A stretch of 64,000 bases of DNA from a virus (lineage: Duplodnaviria > Caudoviricetes): the IMG/VR virus record IMGVR_UViG_3300033067_001375, positions 3,519 to 67,518 of that record; one strand, 5' to 3'. This document shows, piece after piece, positions 26,515-35,042 of the stretch. The notes beneath the pieces were generated by a model that ran no database searches, was not told where the DNA came from, and worked only from the letters and a program-made list of their open reading frames with translations. Within the stretch, counting starts at the first letter, position 1; the number at the start of each line of letters is the position of its first letter. The position numbers and the translations under genes are program-made.

Positions 26515-26904
26515 ATGCCAAAGGTGATTGGGGATCCCGGTTCGGGTAAGCGGCTTTTCAAGGTCACTCTCGATGGCGTCAAGGGCTATGCCCACGCAGT
26601 TGATGAGACTGACGCAATTAAGGCCGTGCGCGATGTTGGCGGCATTTCTTATTGCGTGCATCAATCGGCCGTTGCGGTTGACGACATTGACCCTGAGGAC
26701 GCGGTTGAGGCCGACGTTGTTGCTGTCAACGATGAGCTCACGGCTCAAAAGGTTGACGATGAAACCAAAGCAAACGCCATTCGTAAAGAGCTCAAGGCTC
26801 ATCCCGGTATTACCAACGCCGAAGTGGTAAAAAACCTGAAAGCCAAGGACGTCAAAGTCACTAGCGCTCAGGTCACCAAAGTACGCAACGCCGAATCCGT
26901 TTAA
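26515..26904 (+). CDS. Hypothetical protein with a C-terminal HTH-like segment
   Basis: HPGITNAEVVKNL...TSAQVTKVRN. Confidence 0.7.
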   Translation: MPKVIGDPGSGKRLFKVTLDGVKGYAHAVDETDAIKAVRDVGGISYCVHQSAVAVDDIDPEDAVEADVVAVNDELTAQKVDDETKANAIRKELKAHPGITNAEVVKNLKAKDVKVTSAQVTKVRNAESV

Positions 26905-26960
26905 TCAACGGATCACGCGTTCAAGCGAAGTGCCCTCGACTTTACGGGCGGGGGCTTTTT

Positions 26961-26974
26961 TGTAAACGTTTACA
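26961..26974. promoter_or_regulatory. 14-bp palindrome (copy 6)
   Basis: Perfect copy, 9 nt before ATG 26984. Confidence 0.85.
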
Positions 26975-26983
26975 AAGTTGATC

Positions 26984-27256
26984 ATGGCTACCATACGTCA
27001 AAACCTGATCACGCGGGCCAAAAATATTGCGGCTGAGCTTGCGGCAATTGATCAAACCGCAATCGGCGGTATGCCTAATACCAAGGATGCGGACGGCGGT
27101 ACCACGATTGATCACGTTGGGTACAAGAAGGCTCTTTGGGATGAGCTACTAGGCCTGATGAAATTGTTGGGCGTCAAGACGGTTGAAGAATTAGACGCGC
27201 TTGACGGTGCTGAGGACAACTCAGTATTTGAAATCGAAACTCAACTAGAGGTTTAA
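26984..27256 (+). CDS. Putative head-tail adaptor / small virion protein
   Basis: Small helical protein after the capsid genes; positional assignment. Confidence 0.45.
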   Translation: MATIRQNLITRAKNIAAELAAIDQTAIGGMPNTKDADGGTTIDHVGYKKALWDELLGLMKLLGVKTVEELDALDGAEDNSVFEIETQLEV

Positions 27257-27258
27257 CC

Positions 27259-28776
27259 ATGAGCACGCTGCTACAGTTCACGGCCGCCGGCGGTGCCTGG
27301 GATACTCACAACTGGGTTTCAAATGAAGCGTTGACGGCTGACGGGCATTATGCTGAGTTCGTTGTCACAAGCCTCGATAACGGCCACGGGTTCGGTGTAA
27401 CGCCCGACACAAGCGGCGTATCAACTAACGCCTGGGTTGTTTGGTTCAGCGGTGGCATAACTTACATACTACTTGCCGGCGGCGTTCAGGCGACCTATCC
27501 GGCCGTCACTTACAACCTGTTTGATCGGTTCCGCTTTCGCAAGAGCGGTAGTAATGTGATCGTCAGCAAGAACGGCGTTGACTTCCACGCGATAGCTTTG
27601 GCCGGTACTCTCTACGCTTATGCGGCTAGCTATAACGGCACTTCGTCTTGTGATGTTGACTCAGTGAATGGATCCGCCGTCACAACACGCACTAGCGCGG
27701 CGTGTACGATTACCGCCGGCGTTCCTTCAACAGACTATTTCGCCAACAACGCGGCGTTACGATATTGTCCGCTCACATGGATGGGCTCAGGCACAAATCG
27801 CGAATCGTCATTGCCCGGCTCATCAGTTAGTTTTAATTTCAGCGGGCCGCGTGCAAGCTTTCTTTATGATGGTCGCGGCCAAGTCAACTTGGTGCAAGGC
27901 ATTCGCACTTGGTTGTCATACCGAATTGATGGCGGTGCATGGACGCGGTACAAGATCACTGATGAAACGCTTGTATCCTTAGAGATAGCCAGCGGCTTGA
28001 GCGCGGGCACTCACAAGGCCGAGGTGTTGATTGCCGAATCAAACTATGGGGCACGCTACAACGCTTCTCCTATTCGATACGCGGGCATTTATTCCTATGG
28101 TGTGAGAGTACCAACCGGGCAAACAGTGAGCGCTCCGGCGCCTAAGTCACGGTTGCTAGTGATGTTCGGTGATAGTAACTCAGAGGGCGCCGAGGATATC
28201 TACCCAAATCACAACCAACCCACTTCGTTTTCACAGTTGATTGCAGACGGCATTGGGGCTGAGCTTTCGCTGACTTCGTTTCCTGGTCAAGGTTGGATAA
28301 CAACGCCCGGCGCTAATATTCCAACGTTTCAAAACGCCTGGGATAAGTACAACGATACGTCAAGCAAATTGAGCGGCGGTAAGTTTACTACCGAGCCGAA
28401 GATCGTTGCAATTTGTCACGGTCAGAATGATTCAACCGATGTTACGGCGGCGGCAACCAGTACGCTCAACGCGATACTTGCAGCAACCACTACGGCCAAG
28501 ATCGTCGTGATGTGCCCGGTTGGGCGTTCGCGGCGTTCTGAATTGATTGCAGCGGTAGCGGCGGTGAATAATTCGCGTTGCGTGTTCTTTGATAACCCTA
28601 CTGACTGGCTGGCCACCTACGGCGCCAACGGCCTCAACACTCACTTGACAGAGGCCGGGCACGTTCAGTACGCAAACGTTATGCGTCCTAAGTTCGCGGC
28701 GTTGTTCCCGGTGCCAGCGGCCGCAACGCCAACGCGTCAAGTTTCCAAGGGCTCTTTACGTTCATGTTTGAGGTAA
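27259..28776 (+). CDS. Virion-cluster protein with SGNH/GDSL hydrolase domain
   Basis: FGDSNSEG (block I), SFPGQG (II), HGQND (III), THLTEAGH (V); beta-rich N-terminus. Confidence 0.82.
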   Translation: MSTLLQFTAAGGAWDTHNWVSNEALTADGHYAEFVVTSLDNGHGFGVTPDTSGVSTNAWVVWFSGGITYILLAGGVQATYPAVTYNLFDRFRFRKSGSNVIVSKNGVDFHAIALAGTLYAYAASYNGTSSCDVDSVNGSAVTTRTSAACTITAGVPSTDYFANNAALRYCPLTWMGSGTNRESSLPGSSVSFNFSGPRASFLYDGRGQVNLVQGIRTWLSYRIDGGAWTRYKITDETLVSLEIASGLSAGTHKAEVLIAESNYGARYNASPIRYAGIYSYGVRVPTGQTVSAPAPKSRLLVMFGDSNSEGAEDIYPNHNQPTSFSQLIADGIGAELSLTSFPGQGWITTPGANIPTFQNAWDKYNDTSSKLSGGKFTTEPKIVAICHGQNDSTDVTAAATSTLNAILAATTTAKIVVMCPVGRSRRSELIAAVAAVNNSRCVFFDNPTDWLATYGANGLNTHLTEAGHVQYANVMRPKFAALFPVPAAATPTRQVSKGSLRSCLR

Positions 28777-28780
28777 CGCG

Positions 28781-29113
28781 ATGGAAAAGGCAATAACGGC
28801 CGATGGCGCTAATGGTTCGGTCACGCTGGTTAAAGGCGATAACCTGATCACACTAGAGGCGTCAGCTATAGGCGCCACAACTGAGTTGATTCTACAATCG
28901 CGTACCGATGCCGCCGGCATTTGGTGCGATCACATTGACCCGATGGACTCAACCAAGCTTGCGAAGATTTCGATTGCCAACGCCACAACCGGGGGCGCCG
29001 GATACGGTCGTCACTTCGTGCTGCCGGGGCCGGGCGAATTGAGAGCGTGGGCGGTAAACTTCGGCGTGACGGCGGGTGCAAAATTAAGAGCTCTTGACGC
29101 TCAGGGACGATAG
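28781..29113 (+). CDS. Hypothetical virion-cluster protein
   Basis: GAGG SD; operon context. Confidence 0.7.
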   Translation: MEKAITADGANGSVTLVKGDNLITLEASAIGATTELILQSRTDAAGIWCDHIDPMDSTKLAKISIANATTGGAGYGRHFVLPGPGELRAWAVNFGVTAGAKLRALDAQGR

Positions 29114-29120
29114 TACGGCT

Positions 29121-30215
29121 ATGGCAATCAATCAAAACGCTGAGTCAATTGGTTCAAGCGGGTACGCGGTGCGCGGGCCGATTAGCGCCGCTGTCGCGGT
29201 TGGTTGTTGCCTAATCGAAGTTGGTAGTAATCAACTAGGTTGGTCAGCTAGTGCCGTTTCATTGGTAGGTCACACGCACAACGTTGCCGATGTTACTGAT
29301 CTCGCAACTGCGCTTACTGGTCTAGTGAGCAAAGCTGGCGATACGATGACTGGCGCACTGAACGGCACATCGTTCATCGCCAGTTCTGCGATAGTCGGTC
29401 AAAACGTATTGGCCGATTACTATCTGACGACGCAGGCCAACCTATCTCTGCGAACATCGGGTGTGGTCAAGTTTCAGAATGTGGCAGGTAATGCCGATGT
29501 GGGGTTCACTGGTGGTGCAGGTACGCTGAGCGGTAATATTGCCATTGCCACCGCTGGCGTTGCTGGTACAGCAGCGAGCCCAACATTGAAACTTGGTGCT
29601 TTTGCTACCGGTTTATTTGAAAACAATGCTAGTCTGTTCGTTACCCGTCAAGGCACTACTCAAGTTGCTTTTGATGGCACTAATGTCAATCTGAAAAGCA
29701 CTGTTGCGTTAGGCTGGGCAAGTGGCTCGCCTGATGCAACTAGTGCCGATATTTCATTAGTTCGTAACGCTGCCGGTCAACTCGACGTTAGGGCTAACAA
29801 TGGCTTGCGGATTAGGAATCTTGCGAATAGTGCCTATGCTTTTTTGGCTGCTAATGCTGGAGTGTCTTTTTCGCCATACGGCATTGTGCGAGACGATGGA
29901 GCAAAAACAGTTTTAGAAGCCTACGGGGGACACCAATTAGCCCTGAAAAACTATTCGTCCACTGTAGCGACAAAAGTATTATGTAATAACGGATTCGCTG
30001 TTCGCAATGAAGCTGATAACGCAGACGCTGCTTTGACCACCGGTGCAGCTACACTCAGCGGCCCTCTCTACCTCGCTCCAATCACATTCGCCACGCTCCC
30101 AAGCGCTTCCGCACAAACCGGCGCTCGCTATCGAATCACAGACCGTTCGCAACGCGAATGCTACAGCGACGGAACTAATTGGCGATTCGCCGCCGATGAT
30201 GCGATCGTAACTTAA
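29121..30215 (+). CDS. Tail fibre / receptor-binding-like protein
   Basis: HTH.vADV..L..AL...VSKAGDTMTGAL fibre motif; Gly/Ala/Thr-rich; C-terminal YSDGTNW. Confidence 0.72.
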   Translation: MAINQNAESIGSSGYAVRGPISAAVAVGCCLIEVGSNQLGWSASAVSLVGHTHNVADVTDLATALTGLVSKAGDTMTGALNGTSFIASSAIVGQNVLADYYLTTQANLSLRTSGVVKFQNVAGNADVGFTGGAGTLSGNIAIATAGVAGTAASPTLKLGAFATGLFENNASLFVTRQGTTQVAFDGTNVNLKSTVALGWASGSPDATSADISLVRNAAGQLDVRANNGLRIRNLANSAYAFLAANAGVSFSPYGIVRDDGAKTVLEAYGGHQLALKNYSSTVATKVLCNNGFAVRNEADNADAALTTGAATLSGPLYLAPITFATLPSASAQTGARYRITDRSQRECYSDGTNWRFAADDAIVT

Positions 30216-30223
30216 TCCAATCA

Positions 30224-30415
30224 ATGATCAGGCCAACCATGAATGTAAAACGCACTATCTATCTCTGCACGCTCTCAGGCGAGTACAGGCAAGTCGTGAA
30301 TGTTGCATCGCATGACCTGCTACCGCTAGCGGCGAACAACCCTGGAATGATTTGCACGATAACTGGCGAAAATGTCCAATACGAATCTGATGGAACTAAC
30401 TGGATAGCACTTTAG
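30224..30415 (+). CDS. Small protein resembling the fibre C-terminal tip
   Basis: Ends in YESDGTNWIAL, echoing YSDGTNWRFA of the upstream gene. Confidence 0.55.
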   Translation: MIRPTMNVKRTIYLCTLSGEYRQVVNVASHDLLPLAANNPGMICTITGENVQYESDGTNWIAL

Positions 30416-30417
30416 AA

Positions 30418-31119
30418 ATGACAACTCGACCATACGAATTACTTGCCCGCTTCGCCAATGACGGCTCAGTCGCTGGTGTTTCGGTGCGCACCATAACCAA
30501 CGCCAACGGGCGTGATTACGAAAACGACCCGCAGCCACTCAGTGGCGCAACGGATCCAGCATTCGTCGCGTTCGCTGCTGCTTTCTCGGCCGCGATCGTC
30601 GCCCAGCGTGATCAGCTGGTCATCGATAAGGCATCGCTCGAATCGCAGCTGGCCATACTGACCAGTGATCGCGACAGCCTGCAGGATCAATTGACGATAC
30701 GCAGGATCGAACGAGACTCCGCCAATGCCTTGACATTGGAGACATCCGCAGACTTCAATCGAGTGTCTGCGCAACTGGCAACTATGACTAGCGAGCGCGA
30801 CGCGCTGCAGGCGGAGGTAGCAACTCGCGATCAACGAATCATCGAAGTTGAGGGCCAGCTCGAGGCGCTACTGCATCCGGTGACCAATCCACGCCACGTC
30901 GCCCCGTTCGACTTCCTGGCCCTGCTAAAGCCAGAAGAAATCTTCGCGCTGCAAACCAGTGTTGATCCGGTCGTAGTTGTCGGCCGTGCCAAGCTGCAGA
31001 CGATCATCACCTACATCGATTTAGACAACCAGGAAACGATTGGTTTAGTCCGCTACATGGAATCAATCGGCTTGATCGAAGCGGGCCGGGCGGATCAAAT
31101 TTTAAGCGGCAAAAGCTAA
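30418..31119 (+). CDS. Coiled-coil protein with a tail-fibre-chaperone-like C-terminus
   Basis: Long heptad repeat, then FDFLALLKPEE...IDLD...GLIEAGRADQIL. Confidence 0.65.
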   Translation: MTTRPYELLARFANDGSVAGVSVRTITNANGRDYENDPQPLSGATDPAFVAFAAAFSAAIVAQRDQLVIDKASLESQLAILTSDRDSLQDQLTIRRIERDSANALTLETSADFNRVSAQLATMTSERDALQAEVATRDQRIIEVEGQLEALLHPVTNPRHVAPFDFLALLKPEEIFALQTSVDPVVVVGRAKLQTIITYIDLDNQETIGLVRYMESIGLIEAGRADQILSGKS

Positions 31120-31121
31120 GC

Positions 31122-31820
31122 ATGAGCGCCATTGAGTGGGCTGGACAAATTGGGTATACGTTCACGGTCACGGTGAAAGATCCGTTGGCCGGGTTCGCTA
31201 CGTTGGCAACCGGTTTGAGCGTGACTGAGTACGCGCCGGGAATCTATCGTTGCTCAACCGGCTCACTCACTGGATTGGTTTACATCGAAGCGACGGCGGG
31301 CGTTGCCAAAACGATTGGGTACGCCAACCTTTCGCAACCCGGCACTGACGGCTATAGCGATGTGGTTGACACGCCTGAGGAGGTCTATCCACCCTCAGGT
31401 ACCTCAACAGACTACCGCGCGTTGTACGCTAGTTCGTGGCGTCATTTGCCAAACGTGCACAATGCGGCTTTTGAGTTTAGCCCTCAACGCAAGTTTGCAG
31501 GATCAGCGCCAACAGCGCCGGCTAGCGGCGTCAAGATTCGCAAAGCCAACCCAACGCAAAAGCAAATGATGGAAGCAAGCGCGACGGGTATCGGGTTCGA
31601 TGGCACGGATCAGATTATCACTGTTTGGGCTTACACGCTGAGTGCAAGCTACGCTTTTGAGCCTAAGCCGAAAGATCGGCTGATAATCCTTGATGACGTG
31701 ACAGGCCTGAGTGTTGAGCGTTGGTTGATCGAAAGCGTTAAGCGTGCGATGTTCGGCGCTCAGTTCGTTTGCTACTGCAAGAGCTCACCCATTAACTCAA
31801 GTGAGGCGGCGGTTGTTTAA
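31122..31820 (+). CDS. Putative head-closure-like virion protein
   Basis: C-terminal PKPKDRLI...WLIESV beta pattern; position. Confidence 0.5.
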   Translation: MSAIEWAGQIGYTFTVTVKDPLAGFATLATGLSVTEYAPGIYRCSTGSLTGLVYIEATAGVAKTIGYANLSQPGTDGYSDVVDTPEEVYPPSGTSTDYRALYASSWRHLPNVHNAAFEFSPQRKFAGSAPTAPASGVKIRKANPTQKQMMEASATGIGFDGTDQIITVWAYTLSASYAFEPKPKDRLIILDDVTGLSVERWLIESVKRAMFGAQFVCYCKSSPINSSEAAVV

Positions 31821-32275
31821 TGCCACTTCAAAAGCGAATCAAGGCCGAAGATTTCGTCGAGGCAATTGATCAGTGGGCAGATGAGATAATCGGTGGCTCA
31901 TTCGAAAAGCCTCTGCGCGAATGCTTGCCAATCTTGCACGAAAACTTTGAGGATCATTTCATCAAAGAGCAAGCGCCATATGGCACATGGCCAGCGCGTA
32001 AGTATTCGTACCCTTGGCCTATCTTGATCAAGACCGGCAACATGCTTGAGGCCGCCCGCGATACTGGCAACCCCGGCAACTTGTGTGAGGTTACCGCTCA
32101 CGAATTACAAACGGGCGTCAAGGTCGATGTTGTCAAGTATGCAGGCTTCCAGCAATATGGTACGAGCAAACTGCCCCCGCGCCCGTATGTCTGGGCAGAC
32201 GATGCCACGATTGACGCGTGTGAGGATGCGTTTGCCGTGGCTTGCTTCAAAATGTTTGTCCTCAGTGGCTTGTAA
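31820..32275 (+). CDS. Phage virion morphogenesis protein (Mu gpG/gpS-like)
   Basis: W....PILIKTGNML...YAGFQQYGT.KLPPRPYV. Confidence 0.82.
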   Translation: MPLQKRIKAEDFVEAIDQWADEIIGGSFEKPLRECLPILHENFEDHFIKEQAPYGTWPARKYSYPWPILIKTGNMLEAARDTGNPGNLCEVTAHELQTGVKVDVVKYAGFQQYGTSKLPPRPYVWADDATIDACEDAFAVACFKMFVLSGL

Positions 32276-32787
32276 TGGCGCTCAAGAGTCAGCAATTCGA
32301 AATATGCAAAAAGCTCAAGGCGATACTTGACGCTGACGCTGACATTGGCGGCGTTGACAAATGGCGCGTGCGCAAGCTGGGGTTTCACGAGGAGGCCAAG
32401 TGGGCGGCCGGTTGGTATGTTGTTCCGCTCACCAGTAGCGACGATTACCACGAAACGCAACAAGATCAAATCCAGTTTCGGCAACTGGTTGCGATCATTG
32501 ACCCGGCCAATGAGGGTAACCTTGAGACAGGGCTGGAAATAGGCCTAGCACGCATTGAGCGGGTTGAGTCTATCTTTCGCAACCGTGCGGGCGGAAACGC
32601 GCCAGCGGGCCTTATGGCCCTCAATAGCGTGTTGACCGGTGCTGATCAGATGGCGTTTCAAAAATCCGAAATCTCACCCGCTGATCGGTTTGTGGCGGCG
32701 GCTCTTGCCAAGGGTTATGACTGCTCTGCGACGGTTGTCAGTGTGTTTATTACAACGCTACGGCGTGACGTTTCATTATTGGGGTAA
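32275..32787 (+). CDS. Putative tail terminator / completion protein
   Basis: Position and size; TAATG coupling. Confidence 0.5.
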   Translation: MALKSQQFEICKKLKAILDADADIGGVDKWRVRKLGFHEEAKWAAGWYVVPLTSSDDYHETQQDQIQFRQLVAIIDPANEGNLETGLEIGLARIERVESIFRNRAGGNAPAGLMALNSVLTGADQMAFQKSEISPADRFVAAALAKGYDCSATVVSVFITTLRRDVSLLG

Positions 32788-32789
32788 TC

Positions 32790-33125
32790 ATGGCAAAGCG
32801 AATTGGCGCACTAGAGGAAACTACAGTTTCCAACGTGGCGGAAACAACCAGCAAGCCGGCTGAGCCGGTTGTTGAGTCAAAGGTTGTCGATGGCTTATAC
32901 CAAGCCAAGGGCGGCGGCTATGACTTGCACGTTGAGGCGGATAGCCGTGAGCTTGCGGTTGAGTTGGTCAAAGCCTACACGGGGCTTGAGCCTCAAGGCT
33001 TCGTGCTTACCCAATGCAAGGTAACGCCGGTACACGGTACGCCAACGCTACGCGGTGGCTATCGTGATGTGGTGGTTGACGAAAAAGGCAAGGTTGAAAA
33101 CCGTTTGTGGTACGAACGCGGCTAA
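32790..33125 (+). CDS. Hypothetical protein
   Basis: Operon context. Confidence 0.65.
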   Translation: MAKRIGALEETTVSNVAETTSKPAEPVVESKVVDGLYQAKGGGYDLHVEADSRELAVELVKAYTGLEPQGFVLTQCKVTPVHGTPTLRGGYRDVVVDEKGKVENRLWYERG

Positions 33126-33337
33126 TGGGCAAAGATGATCGAGACTACAGCAACGGTGAGATAACCGTTGAATGGCGGCCGGACAAATGCGTGCACTGTA
33201 AAGTGTGCGTTGATGGTTTGCCGCAAGTGTTCAACATTGACGCCCGGCCTTGGGTAAACATGCAGGCGGCGACAACTGACGAAATCAAGAAACAAGTTGA
33301 GGCTTGCCCTAGCGGTGCCCTCAAGATTCGATTGTAA
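33125..33337 (+). CDS. Divergent 4Fe-4S mono-cluster protein (Fer4_19 / YjdI-like)
   Basis: YSNGEITV.W.P.KC.H...CV.GLP.VF....RPW...CPSGAL. Confidence 0.85.
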   Translation: MGKDDRDYSNGEITVEWRPDKCVHCKVCVDGLPQVFNIDARPWVNMQAATTDEIKKQVEACPSGALKIRL

Positions 33338-33346
33338 ACGTTTACA
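33333..33346. promoter_or_regulatory. 14-bp palindrome (copy 7)
   Basis: Perfect copy; supplies the stop of the Fe-S gene; 20 nt before the tail tube ATG. Confidence 0.85.
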
Positions 33347-33366
33347 TTTTTTGAGGGTGCAAAGCC

Positions 33367-34236
33367 ATGTCCCAAAGCGTAGCAAGTGTTGCTTTCGGCG
33401 GTTCAGATACCGGCTGGACAACTGATAAGATCGCGCTTGGTTTGCGTGATTGTGATTTGATCGGCAACCGCGTTTTCGGCGTTGCTCAAGGCAAGCGTGG
33501 CACGCGTCAAGACTATGATTGCCGCGCCGCTCAGTTGGCCGAAACCGTTGAGGGTGGTTTCAATATTTATCCAACTGACGCTGAGCTCGATTGGATAATG
33601 AATAGGGCTTTCGGTACCAACACGGGAACGCCTTGGGTACCCGGTGAAACGATACCGGCCTTTTTCTTTTGGGTGAAAAAAGGTGGCGTGCAAACGTTCA
33701 AGTATGACAACTTGCGCGTAAACCGTTTTGTGATCAGCGGCGCCGAAACTCAGTTTCTCAACTTGCGAGTTGATTGCGTTGGTGAAAAAGAAACCGAAGT
33801 CACCGATCTAGTGCCCGGCGGTACGCTGGTGGATTGTGATACCGTCTTTCCGTTCGCGACAATCGTGCTCACTATCGGTGGCACGGCGTTCAAGATCAAG
33901 AGCTTTGAGTGGTCAGTTGACAACATGATTGCATCGGGGCAGATGGAAAATAACCTCACGCGTCAGATATTTGAGAGTGAGGGTATCAGCGTTGGCCTCA
34001 ATGTGAACTGTGCTTATCGTTCGGATACAAAGGCGCTCTACCGCAAAGCAATTACCGGCGATGCGGCTAGCCTCTTGTTTACAAATGGCACGAATGCCTA
34101 CACAATCACTATACCTAACTTGAAGATCCCCAACGCCGGGCCAACGGTTCCTGAGAGCGGCGAGGTTACGATGGGCTTGCAAATGCAGGCTTACCGAACT
34201 ACCGCTAACCCGGTGTTTACGATCACAAAGGCATAG
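33367..34236 (+). CDS. Major tail (tube) protein
   Basis: 289 aa, beta-rich, directly upstream of the chaperone/frameshift pair and tape measure. Confidence 0.78.
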   Translation: MSQSVASVAFGGSDTGWTTDKIALGLRDCDLIGNRVFGVAQGKRGTRQDYDCRAAQLAETVEGGFNIYPTDAELDWIMNRAFGTNTGTPWVPGETIPAFFFWVKKGGVQTFKYDNLRVNRFVISGAETQFLNLRVDCVGEKETEVTDLVPGGTLVDCDTVFPFATIVLTIGGTAFKIKSFEWSVDNMIASGQMENNLTRQIFESEGISVGLNVNCAYRSDTKALYRKAITGDAASLLFTNGTNAYTITIPNLKIPNAGPTVPESGEVTMGLQMQAYRTTANPVFTITKA

Positions 34237-34245
34237 TGTTGAGTT

Positions 34246-34259
34246 TGTAAACGTTTACA
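34246..34259. promoter_or_regulatory. 14-bp palindrome (copy 8)
   Basis: Perfect copy, 16 nt before ATG 34276. Confidence 0.85.
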
Positions 34260-34275
34260 TTGCGGGGCGCGCAAA

Positions 34276-34647
34276 ATGAGTTCGTGGAAAGATGGATTGA
34301 TTCTTGAGGGCTTCACTCAGACGGGTTACATGGAGCAAGTTGAAGGCTTGCACCCTGAGCTCAGGTTTGAGTTTTGCCCGGTGCTGTCAGATGACGTTGA
34401 GGTTGCACAAGCCAAGCTTGTTGGCCTCAAAACAACTGAGGTTATTTCGTTCATGGCCAAGGTTATTGCTGACTCACTGACCAAGTGGAGTTTCGGCGAT
34501 GGCAAGCCAACCGTCACGCTAGTTAAGCGTATGCGTCACTCTCAGTTGGCCAAGCTCTATAGCATGGTGATTTGCCAACGGCCGATTGACAAAGATCCGT
34601 TGGCAAGCGATGAGGACGAAACGGTCGAAAGTCAGTTGGGAAAATAA
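34276..34647 (+). CDS. Tail assembly chaperone (G-like)
   Basis: Lies between tube and tape measure; ends in the slippery sequence G GGA AAA TAA. Confidence 0.8.
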   Translation: MSSWKDGLILEGFTQTGYMEQVEGLHPELRFEFCPVLSDDVEVAQAKLVGLKTTEVISFMAKVIADSLTKWSFGDGKPTVTLVKRMRHSQLAKLYSMVICQRPIDKDPLASDEDETVESQLGK

Positions 34648-35042
34648 AGCGGGCTTTTGGCTTGCTGCTCAATCATGCTCACTTGTACTATCGGCCTTGT
34701 GCTCTTTGTAGAGAGTTTCACTTTCAAGAGGACACGGGGCAGGTAGCCAAGAATGGCAGGGATCAACCGATCAAGAGGCAAGGCCCGGTGCCTTGCGAAA
34801 CGAGCCACGGTTGCCCCAAAGGCCATTGGCGTGACGAAATAAAGCTGAAAGCTCATCAACGAAAAGTAATCGACCTTTTTTACGCAAGCCGCAACCACAA
34901 CGTTTTGACGAAAGACGAAAAGCGCAGCCCAATAATCCGTCACTTGTTCGCCTCATTTGAGCAACAACTTGCCACACATGAGCGGACAAATTTAGTTCAA
35001 GTGATCACACTGGCAACGATGAAAAGGGCAACTCAACAATGA
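34638..35042 (+). CDS. Tail assembly chaperone -1 frameshift extension (T-like)
   Basis: Heptamer G_GGA_AAA at 34638-34644 is in phase; the -1 frame stays open to 35042 and has no good start of its own. Confidence 0.75.
   Translation, partial: GKIKRAFGLLLNHAHLYYRPCALCREFHFQEDTGQVAKNGRDQPIKRQGPVPCETSHGCPKGHWRDEIKLKAHQRKVIDLFYASRNHNVLTKDEKRSPIIRHLFASFEQQLATHERTNLVQVITLATMKRATQQ

Noticed and set aside
26928-26962. Possible terminator before palindrome 6
   Set aside because: A U-tract is present but the stem needs several bulges and G-U pairs; not reported as a feature.
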